A DNA stretch of 64,000 nucleotides from the human T2T-CHM13v2.0 reference genome, Homo sapiens: the NCBI RefSeq assembly GCF_009914755.1, contig NC_060935.1; one strand, 5' to 3'. The position numbers were made by a program, and so were the translations under genes. Positions 16,594 to 30,600 of the stretch are shown piece after piece. Positions within the stretch are counted from its first letter, which is position 1, and each line of letters begins with the position of its first letter. The notes below the pieces were generated by a model that did no database searches, was not told the origin of the DNA, and was given only the letters and a program-made list of their open reading frames with translations.

Positions 16594-17900
16594 CTCAAGT
16601 TTTTTCACTTCTGCTTTTTTAAAAATCACGTTAGATTTTGTTTGTATGTTTTTGTACAATGTAGCCTGGAATTAATGCACAGATTAGTACTGTATGAAGG
16701 TCAATTTTTATGTTATTCAATCAATAGACTTTCTAGTTTATGGAGGGGCTATTCCTCAATTATAGTCTACAAATATTTATTTATTCAAATGTCTGAAAGT
16801 TCATCAAAAGAGTCTTTACTTTTTCCAAGTCTCTCTGTCACTGATAAATCAGTTTCTCAAAATACAGTTTTATGAAAGATTTCTGTTACCAAGATCTTCA
16901 AACCTAACAGAACTAAATTACATTTGACCTCATATATCTGCAAATAGCTGACAAAATTTATCACACATGAACAAATTACCTCTAAAAAGTTTTAAGTAAC
17001 TACAACTTATTAAAATTATAGTAGATATTGAAACTTTTTACCATACTTTTATTCTAGAAATTTATTTTAAGTGGAATCTGATCCTTTTCTGTTTCTTCCT
17101 ACAAGTCGAAAATAAAGTCTATTTTACCATAACATAACCAACGATTTTAAAGAAATTATTATTTTTTCTATAAATCAGTGGGTTCTGTGGATATTGCCTT
17201 CATGAACTTTACCATCCAGTCTTCAAAATCAGCATTAGAAAGGGACACAGGATCCAAGATCAGCCTTTTAATATCCTTTGTTTATGTGAAAATCATTTCC
17301 TGAGGCCTAGCCAATCAAAACGGAATAAAATTGGATGTACACCAGGATCGAGTATTTCTGCCAATGTTTCCTTTCTGTAAATAGCACTAAAAAAGAAACA
17401 GATGAAAATATCTCTAGAATCTGCTTAGATCCTCAAATCAGGGGTCACCTGAAAACTCTTCTATCACATAGATAATTGTCAGAAGCTGTATATAATTTAA
17501 GAACTTTCCAAACAACTCCATTTCTTACTGCAAGTGAACTCAGAAGAACCTGCATGGAGTTTTCAGAGATACTCAGCTGGACTCACATATCTGCATTGTT
17601 ATTTCTATCTATATGACTTTTAGCCTATTTTTCACAATGTTCCCTCTGTTGAGTCCTTTATCTTCATTTCTGCATAGTAAACATTTCATCTTCCAAAACA
17701 TACCTCACAAGCTATTAGGTTGGTGCAAAAAGAATTGTGGTTTTTGCTATTAGTTTTAAAGGCAAAATCTCAATTCTTTTTGCACCAACCTAATACCATT
17801 TTGTACACATGTAAACACCCTTTCCCTTGAACTAAGCATTGTATTTCTTCACAATTCAATTACAGACCTGATTTTTATGTCTTTCTTTCCTTTCCATGTG
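16594..17900 (-). pseudogene. Large decayed exon containing a MADE1 insertion
   Basis: Frames VQLSISENSMQVLLSSLAVRNGVVWKVLKLY, KETLAEILDPGVHPILFRFDWLG, KRLILDPVSLSNADFEDWMVKFMKAI and HKIDLHTVLICALIPGYIVQKH; donor GAG|gtataa; the 5' part abuts an old L1. Confidence 0.62.
17715..17793. mobile_element. MADE1 (Hsmar1 MITE)
   Basis: About 80-bp palindrome ttaggttggtgcaaaa...ttttgcaccaacctaa with TA duplication. Confidence 0.93.
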
Positions 17901-19767
17901 CTGTATATATTCTTTGAACAATCTATTGAGATCGTTTGCCCATTTTTAATGTTATGTGCCTTTGTATTATTGAGTGTTAAGAGTGAATTATACATTCCAG
18001 ATAAAAGTTCTTTATCAGATATATGATTTGCAAATATTTTCTCCTATTATATGGTTCATCTTTTCACTTTCTTGGTGCTGTTCTTTGAACATAAATTTAG
18101 AATTTAGACATCAAATGTACATATTTATACTTTTGCTACTTGAGCTTTTGGTGTTATACCTAATAAGTCCTTGTCAAGTCCAAAAACCTGAAGACTTACA
18201 TTTATGTTTTCAACAAAGAGGTTTTTATATTTTGCCCTTACATCTAGGTCTTAGATACCTTTTGAGTTATTTTTTGTTTATGGTGTGAGGTAGGGGTCCA
18301 ACTTCATTTTTTACCCTGTGGATATCCAGTTGTCCCAGCACCACTGTTGAAAAGACTACTCTTTTGTCATAAAATGGTCTTAGAACACTTATCAATTACA
18401 TTCCATTGATCTATATGTCTACCCTTGTTTCAGCACAACATGTCTTAATTACTGTAGGTTTGTACTGTACTTTGAATTCAGGACTTGTGAATCCTCCAAA
18501 TTTCTTCGTTTTCAAAATTATTTTGGCTATTCTGGGTCTCCATAAGGTCCATATTACTTTTAGGATCAGCTTGTCAATTTCTACAAGAAACCAAGTGAAA
18601 CTTTGTTGGGGACTGCATTTGAACATACACATTGATTTTTAAAAATATTTGCATCTTAACTATATTATGTTTCTATCCATGAAAAATGTTTTACAGCTTC
18701 ACAGTATAAGCTTTTAACTTCTTTGTCAAATTTATTTTTGAGAATTTACTTTTTGATGCTATTTTAAGTAAAATATTTTCTTAATTTTATATTTAGATTG
18801 TTTGTTGCAAACATATAGAAAACAATCTTTTAATTTATTATTATTCCTATGTCTCAAGAACTTGTTTAACTGGCTTAATAACTCCTATCTTTTTTAATGG
18901 ATTTTGTTGGATTTTTTTCATGTACAAGATTATATCATCTAAAAGTATAGCTTTATTCTTCCTCTTTTCTATCTAGTTTCACAGTATTTCTTCTCCTTGC
19001 TTAATTATCTTAGATAGAACATCTAGGGTGATATTGAAGAAAGCTGATAAGAGTGATCATCCTTCTTCTGTTCCTGATTTTAGAGAATACTTTCGGGTTT
19101 TACTGTTAAATACGATGTTATTCGTTTTTCATTGATGCTTTTTTTCAGGCTGAGGAAACTTCCTTCTACTACCTCTTGTTGAGTGTTTTTATCATGAAGA
19201 AGTATTGACTTTTGTCTGCATCTACTGAGATTATTGTGTAGTTTTTGACTTTATTCTTTTGATATATTATCTTCATTGCTTACCATATGTTGTATCAAAC
19301 CTTGCATTCCCAGAATTAACCCTATTTAACCATGATGTATATTTCTTTCATATGCTCCTGCATTTTATTTGCTAATATTTCATTGAAGGTTCCTGCATCT
19401 ATAATCATAAAGATATTGGTCTTTAGTTTTCTTTCCATGTTTATCTTTGTCTGGTTCTGATATGAGGATAACAATGGCCTCATAGAATGAGTCGAGAAGT
19501 TTTCCCTTCTCTTTTAATTTTTGCAAGATTTTGAAAACATGGCATTAATTCTGATTTCAATGTTTGGCAGAATTTAACAGTGAAGTCGACTAGGTATGTC
19601 CTTTTTCTAGGTATGTGTAGTGTTTTGATTACTATTTCAATTGTTTTACTTGTTACAGACCACTTCAGATTTTCTATTTCTTTTTGAGTCACTTTTAGTT
19701 AATTGGGTTTTTCTAGAAATTTGTCTGTTTCATCAAAATTATCAAATTTATTGTCACATAGTTTTTA

Positions 19768-20353
19768 TTTGTTTCTTAAAGCTGTCATAATAGATTACCA
19801 CAAAGTTGGTGGCTCAAAACAGCACACATTTATTATCTCACGGTTCTGGAGGACAGATGTCTAAAATCTGCCCTCCAGTTGTCAGAAGAGCCACATTCCA
19901 GAGGTTCCCATGGGAGAGATAATGTGCCTTGTCTCTTTCATCTTCTAGTGGGTCCTGGCATTCCTTGGCTTGTGGCACATAATTTAACTTCTCTATTCAT
20001 CTTCCCATGATCTTCTTTTTTCTGTCTTCCCTTCTTTTATAAGGACACTAGAGCTTATTTCAAAATCCTTAGTTTAATTATATCAGCAAAGACCCTTTTT
20101 CCAAATTAGGTCACATTTACAAGGTATGGGGTTTAGAATGTGGACATATTTGCTGACTCTTCTGTCAATTTAAATTTGCTGTTGACCCCCTCTAGCATAG
20201 TTTTAATTTCAGTTATTATATTCTTCAACTCCAGAATTTTCATTTTAAAATAATTTGGTTTTATAGATATACTATTTAATGAAATATCATATCTTCTTTT
20301 AATCCTTTAATCCTTAAGCCTCTTTTGCAGGGGCTACCATCCAACCCACTAGA
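19768..20353 (-). mobile_element. MaLR MLT1 solo LTR nested in the L1M, containing a 150-bp templated insert
   Basis: gctgtcataatagattaccacaaagttggtggctcaaaacagcacacatttattatctcacggttctggagg...ccatccaacccacta. Confidence 0.75.
20161..20311 (+). repeat. Direct duplicate of 22441-22591
   Basis: 150-bp ungapped match with 9 mismatches (counted by eye). Confidence 0.9.
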
Positions 20354-22671
20354 CTTTTGTTCAGAGTATTCATAAAAACAACATTAGTAACATTTCATCT
20401 TTCATTCCTAATTTGAGTATTTTGAGTTTTCTCTTTTTCTTTCATCAGCATTGATAAGCATTTGTCAATTTACTTCCTCTTTTCAAATAATCAATTTTTG
20501 GTTTTGTTTATTTTTTCTATTGTATTTCTGTATTTTATTAATTTTTCTCTGATGTTTATTATTTAATAGCTTCCTACTTTAGTTGCCTCTTCTTTCTACT
20601 GACATAAGGCAGGTTAGGTTATTTTTTGAGGTCTTCTTTTTTAATATAGCATTCACATTTGTATATTTCTCTGTAATCACTACTTTAGCTACATCTTGTA
20701 AGTTTTGATATGTTGTCCCCTCCTTTTGAGTCACCTCATCTTAAAATATTTCATATTTGTTTTTGATTAGTCCTTTGACCCTTTGGTTATTTAGGTGCAT
20801 GTTGTTTAGTCTCCATACATTTGTGAATTTCCAGTATTTCTTTCACTATTAACTTCTAAATCTATTTCATTGTAGTCAGAGAATGTAGGATTTCAACCCT
20901 TATAAGTTTATCAAGGATTGTGTGAGTAGCATCGGCCTATCAAGAAAAATTCTTCATGCCCTTGAGAATAATGGGTCCCACTGTTGTTGGGCAGGCAAAA
21001 ATAGAATAACGCATTCTACTGGTTGCCTCTTAGCCGTATTTGCTTTATAGCGTTATTCAAGTCTTCCATTTCGTTATTTATTCTCTGCTTAGTTATATTC
21101 ATTATCAAAAGAGGAATATGGAAGTCTTCACTATTGTTCAAATTCTATTCTCCCTTCAATTCTGTCAAGGATGCCTTCATGTATTGTGGTCTGTTTTTAT
21201 ATATGTTTGTAATTGTTACATCTTTCTGATGGATTAATGCATTCATCAATATAAAATCTACTCTTTCTCTTAGTTACATTTCTTATTTTAAAGTCTACTT
21301 TGTCAGACACTAATACAGCAAGCTTGCTGTTTGCTTTTTCCATTAATTTATTCTGAAACTATCCATATATTTGAAACTAAGATGTGCCTCCTATAGACAA
21401 TATAGAACTGGAGTATGTTTTTGTTTTTTGTTTTTACCCAGACTGGCAATCTATAATTTTTGATTAGATTGTTCAATCTACATACTTTTGATATAATTAT
21501 TGAGATAGTTGGATTTATGTCTGGCATTTTAGTGTCCTGTAAGTCTTATATCTTGTTTGTTTTTCTATTTCTTCTTCATTTTTTTCTTTAGCATTAAGTA
21601 TTTTCTAGTATAATATTTTCATACTTAAATGGCTTTTAAACTGTATTTTTAAATTTATATTGGTTGCTCTAGGACTTACCAAATACATCTTAGTTTACCA
21701 TGATCTAATTCAGATATATAATAACATACTGCTAGTGAGAATAGATGTAACACCTGTATATTTCTATTTCTTCTTTTGCATTTTATACTATTGTTATTTG
21801 TATTACACTGATACATGCTACAAAACTAAAAATGCTTTGTTGTAATTATTATTAATAAAGAACTTCCTTTAGGCTGAAATTTCTTCCAAAGCAGTGTGTT
21901 AGCAACAAATCAGCATCATTTTTTATTTGTTTGGCAATGTCTTGATGTTTATTATTTAAAGATAGATTTTCTGCTTATAAATGTCTTATTTGTCTTTTTG
22001 TATTCTTGTTTCTTCACTTTGAATATGGCATCCTCCTATCTTCTGCCTTCTGTTGTTTCTCATGGGGAGTTGGCTGTTAATATCATTGAGGCTTCCTTGC
22101 ATATTATGTGTCATTTTTCTCTTGCTGCATGCAAGATTTTCCTTTTGATTTGGCTTTCAGAATTTTTATTATAATGTAGTCTTTTGCATTAATCCTACTT
22201 AGAGTTTTTGAGCTTCTTGCATGTGTACATTGTTTTTCATCAAATTTGGGACATTTCATTATTATTTATTTTTTTAAATAGTCTTTCTCCTCCTTTTCCT
22301 CTCTCTTCTCTTTTTGTTACTCCTATTACCTATCTTTCGGTACACTTTTATATTTCTCTGAAGCTCTGTTTATTTGCCTTCTTTATTTCTCCCTGTTCTT
22401 CAGATTGCATAATTGCTTCAGTCCACTAGTTTCCTGATGCTTTGTCAATTTAAATTTGCTGCTGACCCCCTCTAGCATATTTTTAATTTCAGTTATTATA
22501 TTCTTCAACTCCAGACTTTTCATTTTTAAATAATTTGGTTTTATTGATATTCTATTTAATGAAATACCATATGTTCTTTTAATCCTTTAATTATTTAAAT
22601 ATATTTTAAATGGAGTTTTGAAGTATTTTTAAAATCCCATACTTGGACTTCTCACTGGCAGTTTTGTTGTC

Positions 22672-22974
22672 TTTTTTTTTTTTTTTTTTTTGGTAACGGA
22701 GTCTCACTCTGTCGCCCAGGCTGGAGTGCAGTGGCACAATCTCGGCTCACTGCAAGCTCTGCCTCCCAGGGTTCACGCCATTCTCCTGCCTCAGCCTCCC
22801 AAGTAGCTGGGACTACCGGTGCCTGCCACCACGCCCGGCCAATTTTTTGTATTTTTAGTAGAGACGAAGTTTCACCATATTAGCCAGGATGGCCTCAATC
22901 TCCCAACCCCGTGATCCGCGTGCCTCAGCCTCCCAAAGTGCTGGGGTTACAGGTGTGAGCCACCGCTCCCAGCC
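22672..22974 (-). mobile_element. Alu (Y-type)
   Basis: Poly-T followed by antisense Alu with tgcaagctc and cacgccattctc. Confidence 0.92.
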
Positions 22975-24670
22975 TCCCTTTTTAATAATATGCATGAACC
23001 AAGTCCTCCTTTTTCTTTGTATGCAATCTAATATTTTTGTTGAAAACTGTACATTTTAGATACTATATTATAGCAGCTCTTGATGCTGATCCTACCCTTG
23101 GTTTGTTTTTGTCATCATTTGATTGCTTGTTTAGTGGGCATTATAGGCATTTGCACAGTCATCATGAGATAACAGTAGTTTTAATAGGGCTCTCTTTGTT
23201 TCTTTTCTAATCTTTCAGTTAAGCTGTCTGCTTCTATTGTCATCACACCCAATTTTTGGGCTCCACTAATTGATGGTCGATTGATCTGTATTTTTAACAA
23301 TCGCCAGAGTTATAAATTACCCCACGGGCTTGATCCTATTAAATTTGAGCCCCTTTGTAAGGGCAGTTTTTGAGGACAGCTTGAGGAGTTTTGTTTTGTT
23401 TTTCCTGAATATCTGGGAGATTTTTCCTTGCTGCCTCTTTTCTCCATTCTCTAGCAGACTAACTGGCTTATGGTTTACCATTTTGCTCTCGAGAAACTAT
23501 CAGTCTGCTCTTAATTGCTAACAACAAAATTGCCATTTTAAAGAGTATCTTTAGTCTTGAACTTCCTTCATATCCTGGCTCAAATAAAGTTATTCCTTTA
23601 GGAAGAGCCTCAGAGCACTCTCTCCTTATGGCTTACCTCTCCCTGAGGGCAAAATCTATGGTTCACTTTTCAGGAGCTTTCGACAAGGCCTGTGGCTCAC
23701 TGCTTTTGGAACAACACCCCTTCTTTATGACCAGGGTACAGATTGACTCTTCCCATCTTCTCAGCTTGCCTTTCCAAGTGCAACGCATTCCTCCCATGAG
23801 CAAGCTGAGATGAGAGTAATCAGGCACATCCTACTCTTAGCTGCTGCACCAGACTATAGCTTCCATCCTGAGTGGGAACTGGGTGGAGAACCCCTAATCT
23901 TTCGGCCACATTTACATTGAATTTGGTCTCAGAAATGCAGAGTTAAGGCAGAAAAAAAGATGATGGGGGCATGGGAAGAAAGAAAAACATAACCAGCCTG
24001 CCTCTCTCTGCAAGACTGACTGTAAGCTAAACGGAGAAGCCCTGGTTTTTGGCTACATCTGATGGAATGGAGTATCTGTCATGCTTAGATGGAATGATAG
24101 AGGGAGCAGGTCTCAGCTCAAGTTTTATTGATTGCCACTATTTTTAATTGAAATTTCACAGAATTTCTTTAATAAATAAGTTTTCATTTGCTACAATAAC
24201 TTATGGCAATTTCCAGAATCTTAAATGGTTATTTGTTTTATTTTATATATATTTTTTAGTGATGATAGTTTCACAGGGAAGTGGACCTGCAGGGCTCTTC
24301 ATATAAACATTTCAAATGTTTCTGGTCAATGGATTTTAGTATTCTCAAAATAAATTTCTCACAACGCAAGCACATAATGTCTCATTTTAACAAAGGAGGG
24401 TAATGATGGACCAAGTAAAGGTGATGAGAAAGAGATTGAAGAGGAAAGGAATAAAGCAGAGAGAGAATAATTAAAAATTGCTTACTGTTTTTTTTAAAAG
24501 ATGGAGCTCTTAAAATCACTCTCTTTGGAAAGTCTACTTTCCATTTAAAAAAAAAAATGCACCTATGTATACCACTCAAAATGTACGTATCTTGCAAGTA
24601 ATTCCCAAAACACCGAAGAAAGCTTTCCACAGAGACCACAGACACCATGCGTTAGAAAATTCTATATTAG

Positions 24671-25026
<356 letters not shown>

Positions 25027-25130
25027 CTATTTATATTTATATTCTCTGTAAGGTAAGTATTGTTCCAGGCACATGGTTGTTATTTAGTAAAGTTTTGATG
25101 AGAAGATAAGTGAATGAACACAAAAACCAG

Positions 25131-25132
<2 letters not shown>

Positions 25133-25177
<45 letters not shown>
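25133..25177. repeat. (CA)n microsatellite
   Basis: About 22 perfect CA units. Confidence 0.97.
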
Positions 25178-25179
<2 letters not shown>

Positions 25180-25250
25180 TGGCAGCTTTTCAGGAATTTG
25201 TGATCTCATTGCAGGGAGAAAAATCTTTCTACATTAAGACTTAGAAATAG

Positions 25251-25580
25251 GGCCGGGCATGGTGGCTCATGCCTGTAACCTAGCACTTTGAGAGGCTGAG
25301 GTGGGCCCACTGCTTGAGCTCAGGAATTCGAAATCAGCCTGGGCAACATGGCGAAACCCTACCTCTACAAAAACCCACAAAACTTAGCTGGGCATGGTGG
25401 CATGTGCTTATAGTCCCAGCTACTCTGGGGGCCATGCTAGGAGGATTACCTGAGCCTGGGGAGGTTGAGGCTGTGAGGTTGTAGTCAGTCATGATCATGT
25501 CATTGCACTTCAGCTTCAGTGACAGAGTGAGACCCTCTCTCAAAAAAATAAATAAAGGAAAAAAATAAAAGAAAAAATAA
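25251..25580 (+). mobile_element. AluJ
   Basis: Diverged Alu dimer with J diagnostics. Confidence 0.9.
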
Positions 25581-26290
25581 CTATGAACAAACAAATAGTA
25601 AACTGATCCATGGGGGACAAAATTAGATAGAATTGCTTAAAGTGAGTTTGGAGATGTTAAGAAAGCTGCTATAAAATTGAAAAAATAGATATTAATATTT
25701 AGTTTTGACATTAAAGAGTCTGCATTTAATGTTTATATACAGAAATAAAAATAAAGTCACAAAATTAAAATTCCAAAGAGATAAATTTTTGCCTTTTTAA
25801 AATAAATCTTCATTTGAAATGGTGGGCATGATGGGGGAAAAAGGCAACACAAGGTGAGTGGCAATGTGTAATGAGATAAAGAAAAAATGAGAGGTTATGA
25901 GAAATGATGTGAGAAAGTAAAATTAATCATGGTTTAACCAGCCTCAGAAAGACTTTTAAAATTCAGGCTTTTGCTTTATAGTGGCTCGTTTGCTCTCTGA
26001 GGAGTGGCCTTTAGAAACCCATTGAAGTTTAAGACATCATCTGAAGATGAGAAGCACTTTTTATTCCTTATTCCTTATTTTACCTTCACTCCTCACCACC
26101 CTCACACATGTATTAGTGGGAGTGTGAAGATGCTGGGCAAGGTTTGCAGCAGCCATGTGTCCTCTGTGGGCAGATATAGAAGGATCACTGAAGGACAATC
26201 ACTAAATTCACATGGCTTTATAATATTACCAGAGCCAAAGCAGAAAAAGGTATACTTAAATTTACTAACATTCTTTTTCCTGTGGTCACG

Positions 26291-26594
26291 TTTTTTTTTT
26301 TTTTTTTTTCCTGGAGACAGAGTCTCACTCTGTCATCAGGCTGGAGTACAGAGTGGCATGATCTTGGCTCACTGCAACCTCCGCCTGCCGGGTTCAAGCG
26401 ATTCTCCTGCCTCAGCATCCTGAGTAGCTGGGACTACCAGCTCATGCCACCATGCTTGACTAATTTTTATATTTTTAGTATAGTTGGGGTTTCACCATAT
26501 TGGCCAGGATGGTCTCGATCTCTTGACCTCGTGATCCGCCCACCTCGGCCTCTCAAAGTGCTGAGATTACAGGTGTGAGCCACGGTACCCGGCC
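26291..26594 (-). mobile_element. AluS
   Basis: Poly-T plus antisense Alu; TSD tgtgg(t/c)cac. Confidence 0.92.
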
Positions 26595-26703
26595 TGTGGC
26601 CACATTTAAAACAAATACTTGTTCAATTATGATTAAATACATACATTATTTAAAACTGAGCTTGATAATCACACCAAGCTTGAAAATCACAGTTTTAAGC
26701 ATC

Positions 26704-27073
26704 TGCTATGGACTCAGTGTTTGTGCTTCTCTAATGTTTATATATTGAAGCCCTAATCCCCAAGGGGATGGTATTTTGGGGTGGGGCCTCTAGGGGGTAA
26801 TTAGGTCATGAGGGTAGAGCCTTCATGATTGGGAATAGTACACTTAAACATAAGAAGAGACACAAGAGACAAACTCCCTCTCAGCCACATGAGGAGAGAG
26901 CAACAAGGCAGCCATCTGCAAATCAGAAACAGGGCCCTCGCCAGAACTGAATCAGCCAGCCCCTTAATCTTGGACCTCAGACACAGCTTCCAGAAGTAAG
27001 AGACATAAAGTTCTGTTGTTTAAGTTACCCCATCTGTGGTATTTTCTTATAGTAGCACAAGGGGACTAAGACA
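26704..27073 (+). mobile_element. MaLR MLT1A-like solo LTR
   Basis: TG...CA ends (tgctatggac...gactaagaca), typical MLT1A body, 5-bp flanks gcatc/tcatc. Confidence 0.85.
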
Positions 27074-28933
27074 TCATCTACCATGGTGCCACAAGGTAGC
27101 AGGAACATAAATACGGATGACTATTTACTGGGCTGGTTAAATGCCCATAAAACCTACACTGCTCCATGTAAGTGCATTTCCTCTTTTAAAATAACCTCAT
27201 TTGGTGGTAAACTGAAAGTTTGGAAACAGTGGTGATAAGCAGAACACTTCAAAGAACCTTGAAAAAATAGTTGAGTAAAGGTTCACATCATCAAGACAAA
27301 AAATAAAGTCTTCTGGGACAAGGGCCACTTCTTATTCATCTTATTCTAAGCATAAAGCAAAGAACCAGGAAAAACATGGTCACTAAATAATTCAGTCATT
27401 GGTGTCATAGTTTATTCATTTAACAAATATTACATTCTCCTATGGCAAACCTTCTGAATGTGGGGAAGGAGAGGAGATATAGAGAAAGGAATCATATGTC
27501 TTTTTAAGCAAATAGACACTTTATTTCTGTAACACAACCCACCCTCCCTTTTTCCAAAGAACATGAGTTCACCTAGGCCTTCAAAGCAGAGGACAAAAGC
27601 TGATAAATGACAACGCAAGGGGTTGCTAGAAAAATAGATTACACCCAAGGCTCTCCTCCTGGGGACTCAAACCCCTGTTCCCAAGTCTTCCCTCAGGCCT
27701 GCCACATGGAGCGAGCTAAAGACATGGAGAGGGGCTGGAAACAGAAAAGCCAACCCCATTGAACAAAGGGGAAAGGAACCTGTCAGTGAAAAGGCCTGGG
27801 AAGGGTGTGGGGTGGAGTGAGCTTTGCTCCCAGATTGAGTGCTGGAAAAGAAAAGGGGAAGATCTAGTGAAGAGGAAAGTTTTGCTGAATAAATAAGTGT
27901 ACGAACCTGTAAATTCAAAGAGAGAAGGGGAAGAAAATCAGGTTTGTGAAAAAGATTTGCAAATAATCAATTTGTTTTATTTCTTTTGCTCATATTGTCA
28001 GTATCTTAGATTTACAGAACATTATCTTACCTCATAACCACATTCCAAAATGGTATTAAAATAACCATTTCATAGATGAGTAAGGCTTAAGATCGGTAAT
28101 TGTCTAGCCTAGAGATCAAGTGGGACCTTGTACCCAGGTTGTGGCATCATCTTTGGTTCTCTACTGTGAAAGGCAGTGTGTCTTCACAACTGTTTAAAGA
28201 AAATCTGTCAGGGCTCTATCCTTGTCAGGTCTCTTCCAGGATAATAAGTCCAGTAAAAATAATATTGTACTTGGATTTGAAAGCTCTCAGGCCCTATCTG
28301 GCATTGCTACTGAGTAGCAGTGCTTCTATGGTCACACATAGTATAATATTCAACTTCCTCATTTCTGAGAAAATGTCTTCAAGCTTCTACCCCACTTGCC
28401 TCAAGAGTCAGTCCTCTAGCATAAAGAGAGGGTAATGTGGGTTGTACTTTAATTTCTTTTTGCATTGTCTATTTTTCAGTATTCTTTGAGGTGTTTTACT
28501 TATTTCTACTGATTCCAAAGTCTTGAATTGGGGTAACCTTAGGATCAGGGCCTGTCTGAAATTCCTGGTCATTGTGTGTTCACAAGGATTCAGAACTCTA
28601 CTGAGCACTGCCATTGGAGAGGTTACTTTAGGGAAGGACACTATTTATTTTACTGTCCTATATTTTTGTTTTCCATGACCCCATTATATGAAATAGACAG
28701 GTATATAAGACTTAATTAAAGGCTTGAGAAAATGAAAAGTAATTACACCGGAGGAGTAGAAAAGAGAAATGTACCATATGATTTTCTGAGGGGATGCATT
28801 CAAGTGGTTAAGCTCTAAGGAGATATGTGAGGAGAAGGTCAATTTACAGAAAAAGCCTATTTTATTTCATTCATAGTTTTCCTTCCTCCAAAAATTGATC
28901 TGACCTGTTATTTCACTAACCCCCTCTACTCAC

Positions 28934-30600
28934 AAAAATTTGCCTCATGCCAAGCTCGATATTCCTTGTTTCTCTTAATCAGAGTATTCCAAATTAGATT
29001 AACCTACTATGGGTATGTTGCAAGAGCTTTAGAAGGATAATCAGGGCTTCCTACTTAAAGAAAAGTAAATTAATTACTTTTTTAAAGTACAGGAAAAAAA
29101 TCTATCCTGCCCTGATTTGATGACAAATGATATAAATCATTTATCAATCTAGTAACTTTACATTTCAGAATGTATTGCTTTCACCCCCCCTTAAATGGTA
29201 CTATTTATAATCTTAATAACCTACAGTCAGCACCTATTTATACTCTGCATGAAAATTTGCTTTCCCCATCGACCTTGGAGTTCACTGGCTCATTTTCACA
29301 TCCTTCAAACAGCAAGACCAAAATTCCTTCTTGTTCTGCTCTTCTCTTGGAGAGATCCAAGACAGGTATTTTGTGGATGTGCTTACCTTTCTGCTAACCT
29401 AACCCCTCAACCCAGTGCTTTTCACCTTTGTCTACAGTTGTTATGCTGATCGGCATTGGAGCTGCAACCAATTCACTCTTGATCATCACCCAAAGTCTTA
29501 TTTCTCTTTTGCATAATCGTCATTGCCTGCACTTCTGCTAATTATTGGAAGTTCTCAAGCAGCTCAGGTGGTGGTACTGAATTTACCAGCAACACACTTC
29601 AGGGCATGAGCTCTTCCTGCAGCAAGTGTTTGTAGCTGGGTCACTACCTACCTCCAGTTCTTCGGTATTCATCCTTCATTTTTCTAAGTAGCTATGGCAA
29701 TCTGTCCCTTCCTTACAGTTGTGTTCATAACATAAAGCTGGATTTAGGTTCTAGTGTTAACCGAGTTTGAGTTTCCACACTTAGCTCCTTGGTGGTAGAA
29801 AGTCCCTTCATCTTTATTTGGATCCTTGTCACCTTTTATCATCCCAGTCTCTTTTTTGAGCTTAGAAGGTGAGGGCTCAGTCACAGTGATTTGACCAAGG
29901 ATCTGTTCCCTTGTTTTACTGTTATGAAAATGTGGTCAAAATGTTTAAATAAGTGAAAAAAAAGCCCTAAAAATGCCATTCCCTACCAGTGGATCCTGAC
30001 TTCAGGATATTCTGGTTCATCTTTGTGTGACTTCTCACTATGCCATTTTGATTTCGAGTTGTCTTGAAGCAGTAGATGATTCTGCAGTTAGTGAACCTTA
30101 AAAATTCCCATTCACTTCACATTTAGAGACATTCAACTTATGATGCTACACTTCCCGGATCCTTATCCCACCAATATTCTGTAAAGTTCATGTACGTTTT
30201 TACAATAGAAAGAGTCCAGTTGCACATTTGGAATGCAAAGTTTTACCCACCTCAAAGTATTGTGAAAGAAGAGGTTACCGATCTAAATTCTTAGTCAAAA
30301 GTTTCCAAATCAATGGGAATTACTTGTTCTGGAACTATAACTTTTGGAGCCAAGAGCCATGAGAAATGGCCACTTGACTGGCTTTATATTGAAGGTATAC
30401 CATATTTAAAGGTTCATTTTGGGACCTTGGATTACACATCATTGCGTGTTATGGAGATTTGCATTCAGTTCAAGTTTTTTATATCAGGAACACCAAAATA
30501 AGTACACACTGGAAACCAAATTTATTTGGATTATTATATCTGGAATTTTAAAGCTCCCACTCCAGTAACATATGGGCCGCTCTTACTATAATTTTCTAAT
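28934..30600 (-). pseudogene. Probable large decayed exon
   Basis: Frames HFSWLLAPKVIVPEQVIPIDLETFD, ELYRILVG*GSGKCSII, LLQEELMP*SVLLVNSVPPPELLENFQ and HIHKIPVLDLSKRRAEQEGILVLLFEG; candidate donors AAG|gtaagc (29386) or TTT|gtgagt (28933); upstream boundary unknown. Confidence 0.45.

Larger units (their letters stand above)
17905..24300 (-). mobile_element. Old L1M element (ORF2/ORF1/5' region remnants), 3' end missing
   Basis: Minus-strand ORF2-like peptides (EIDKLILKVIW..RIAKIILK; QKEIENL..TIEIVIK); highly diverged; boundaries approximate. Confidence 0.75.

Noticed and set aside
27430-27960. Purine-rich island with SOX- and RFX-like words as a possible enhancer or promoter
   Set aside because: Short motifs expected by chance; no CpG island or other support.
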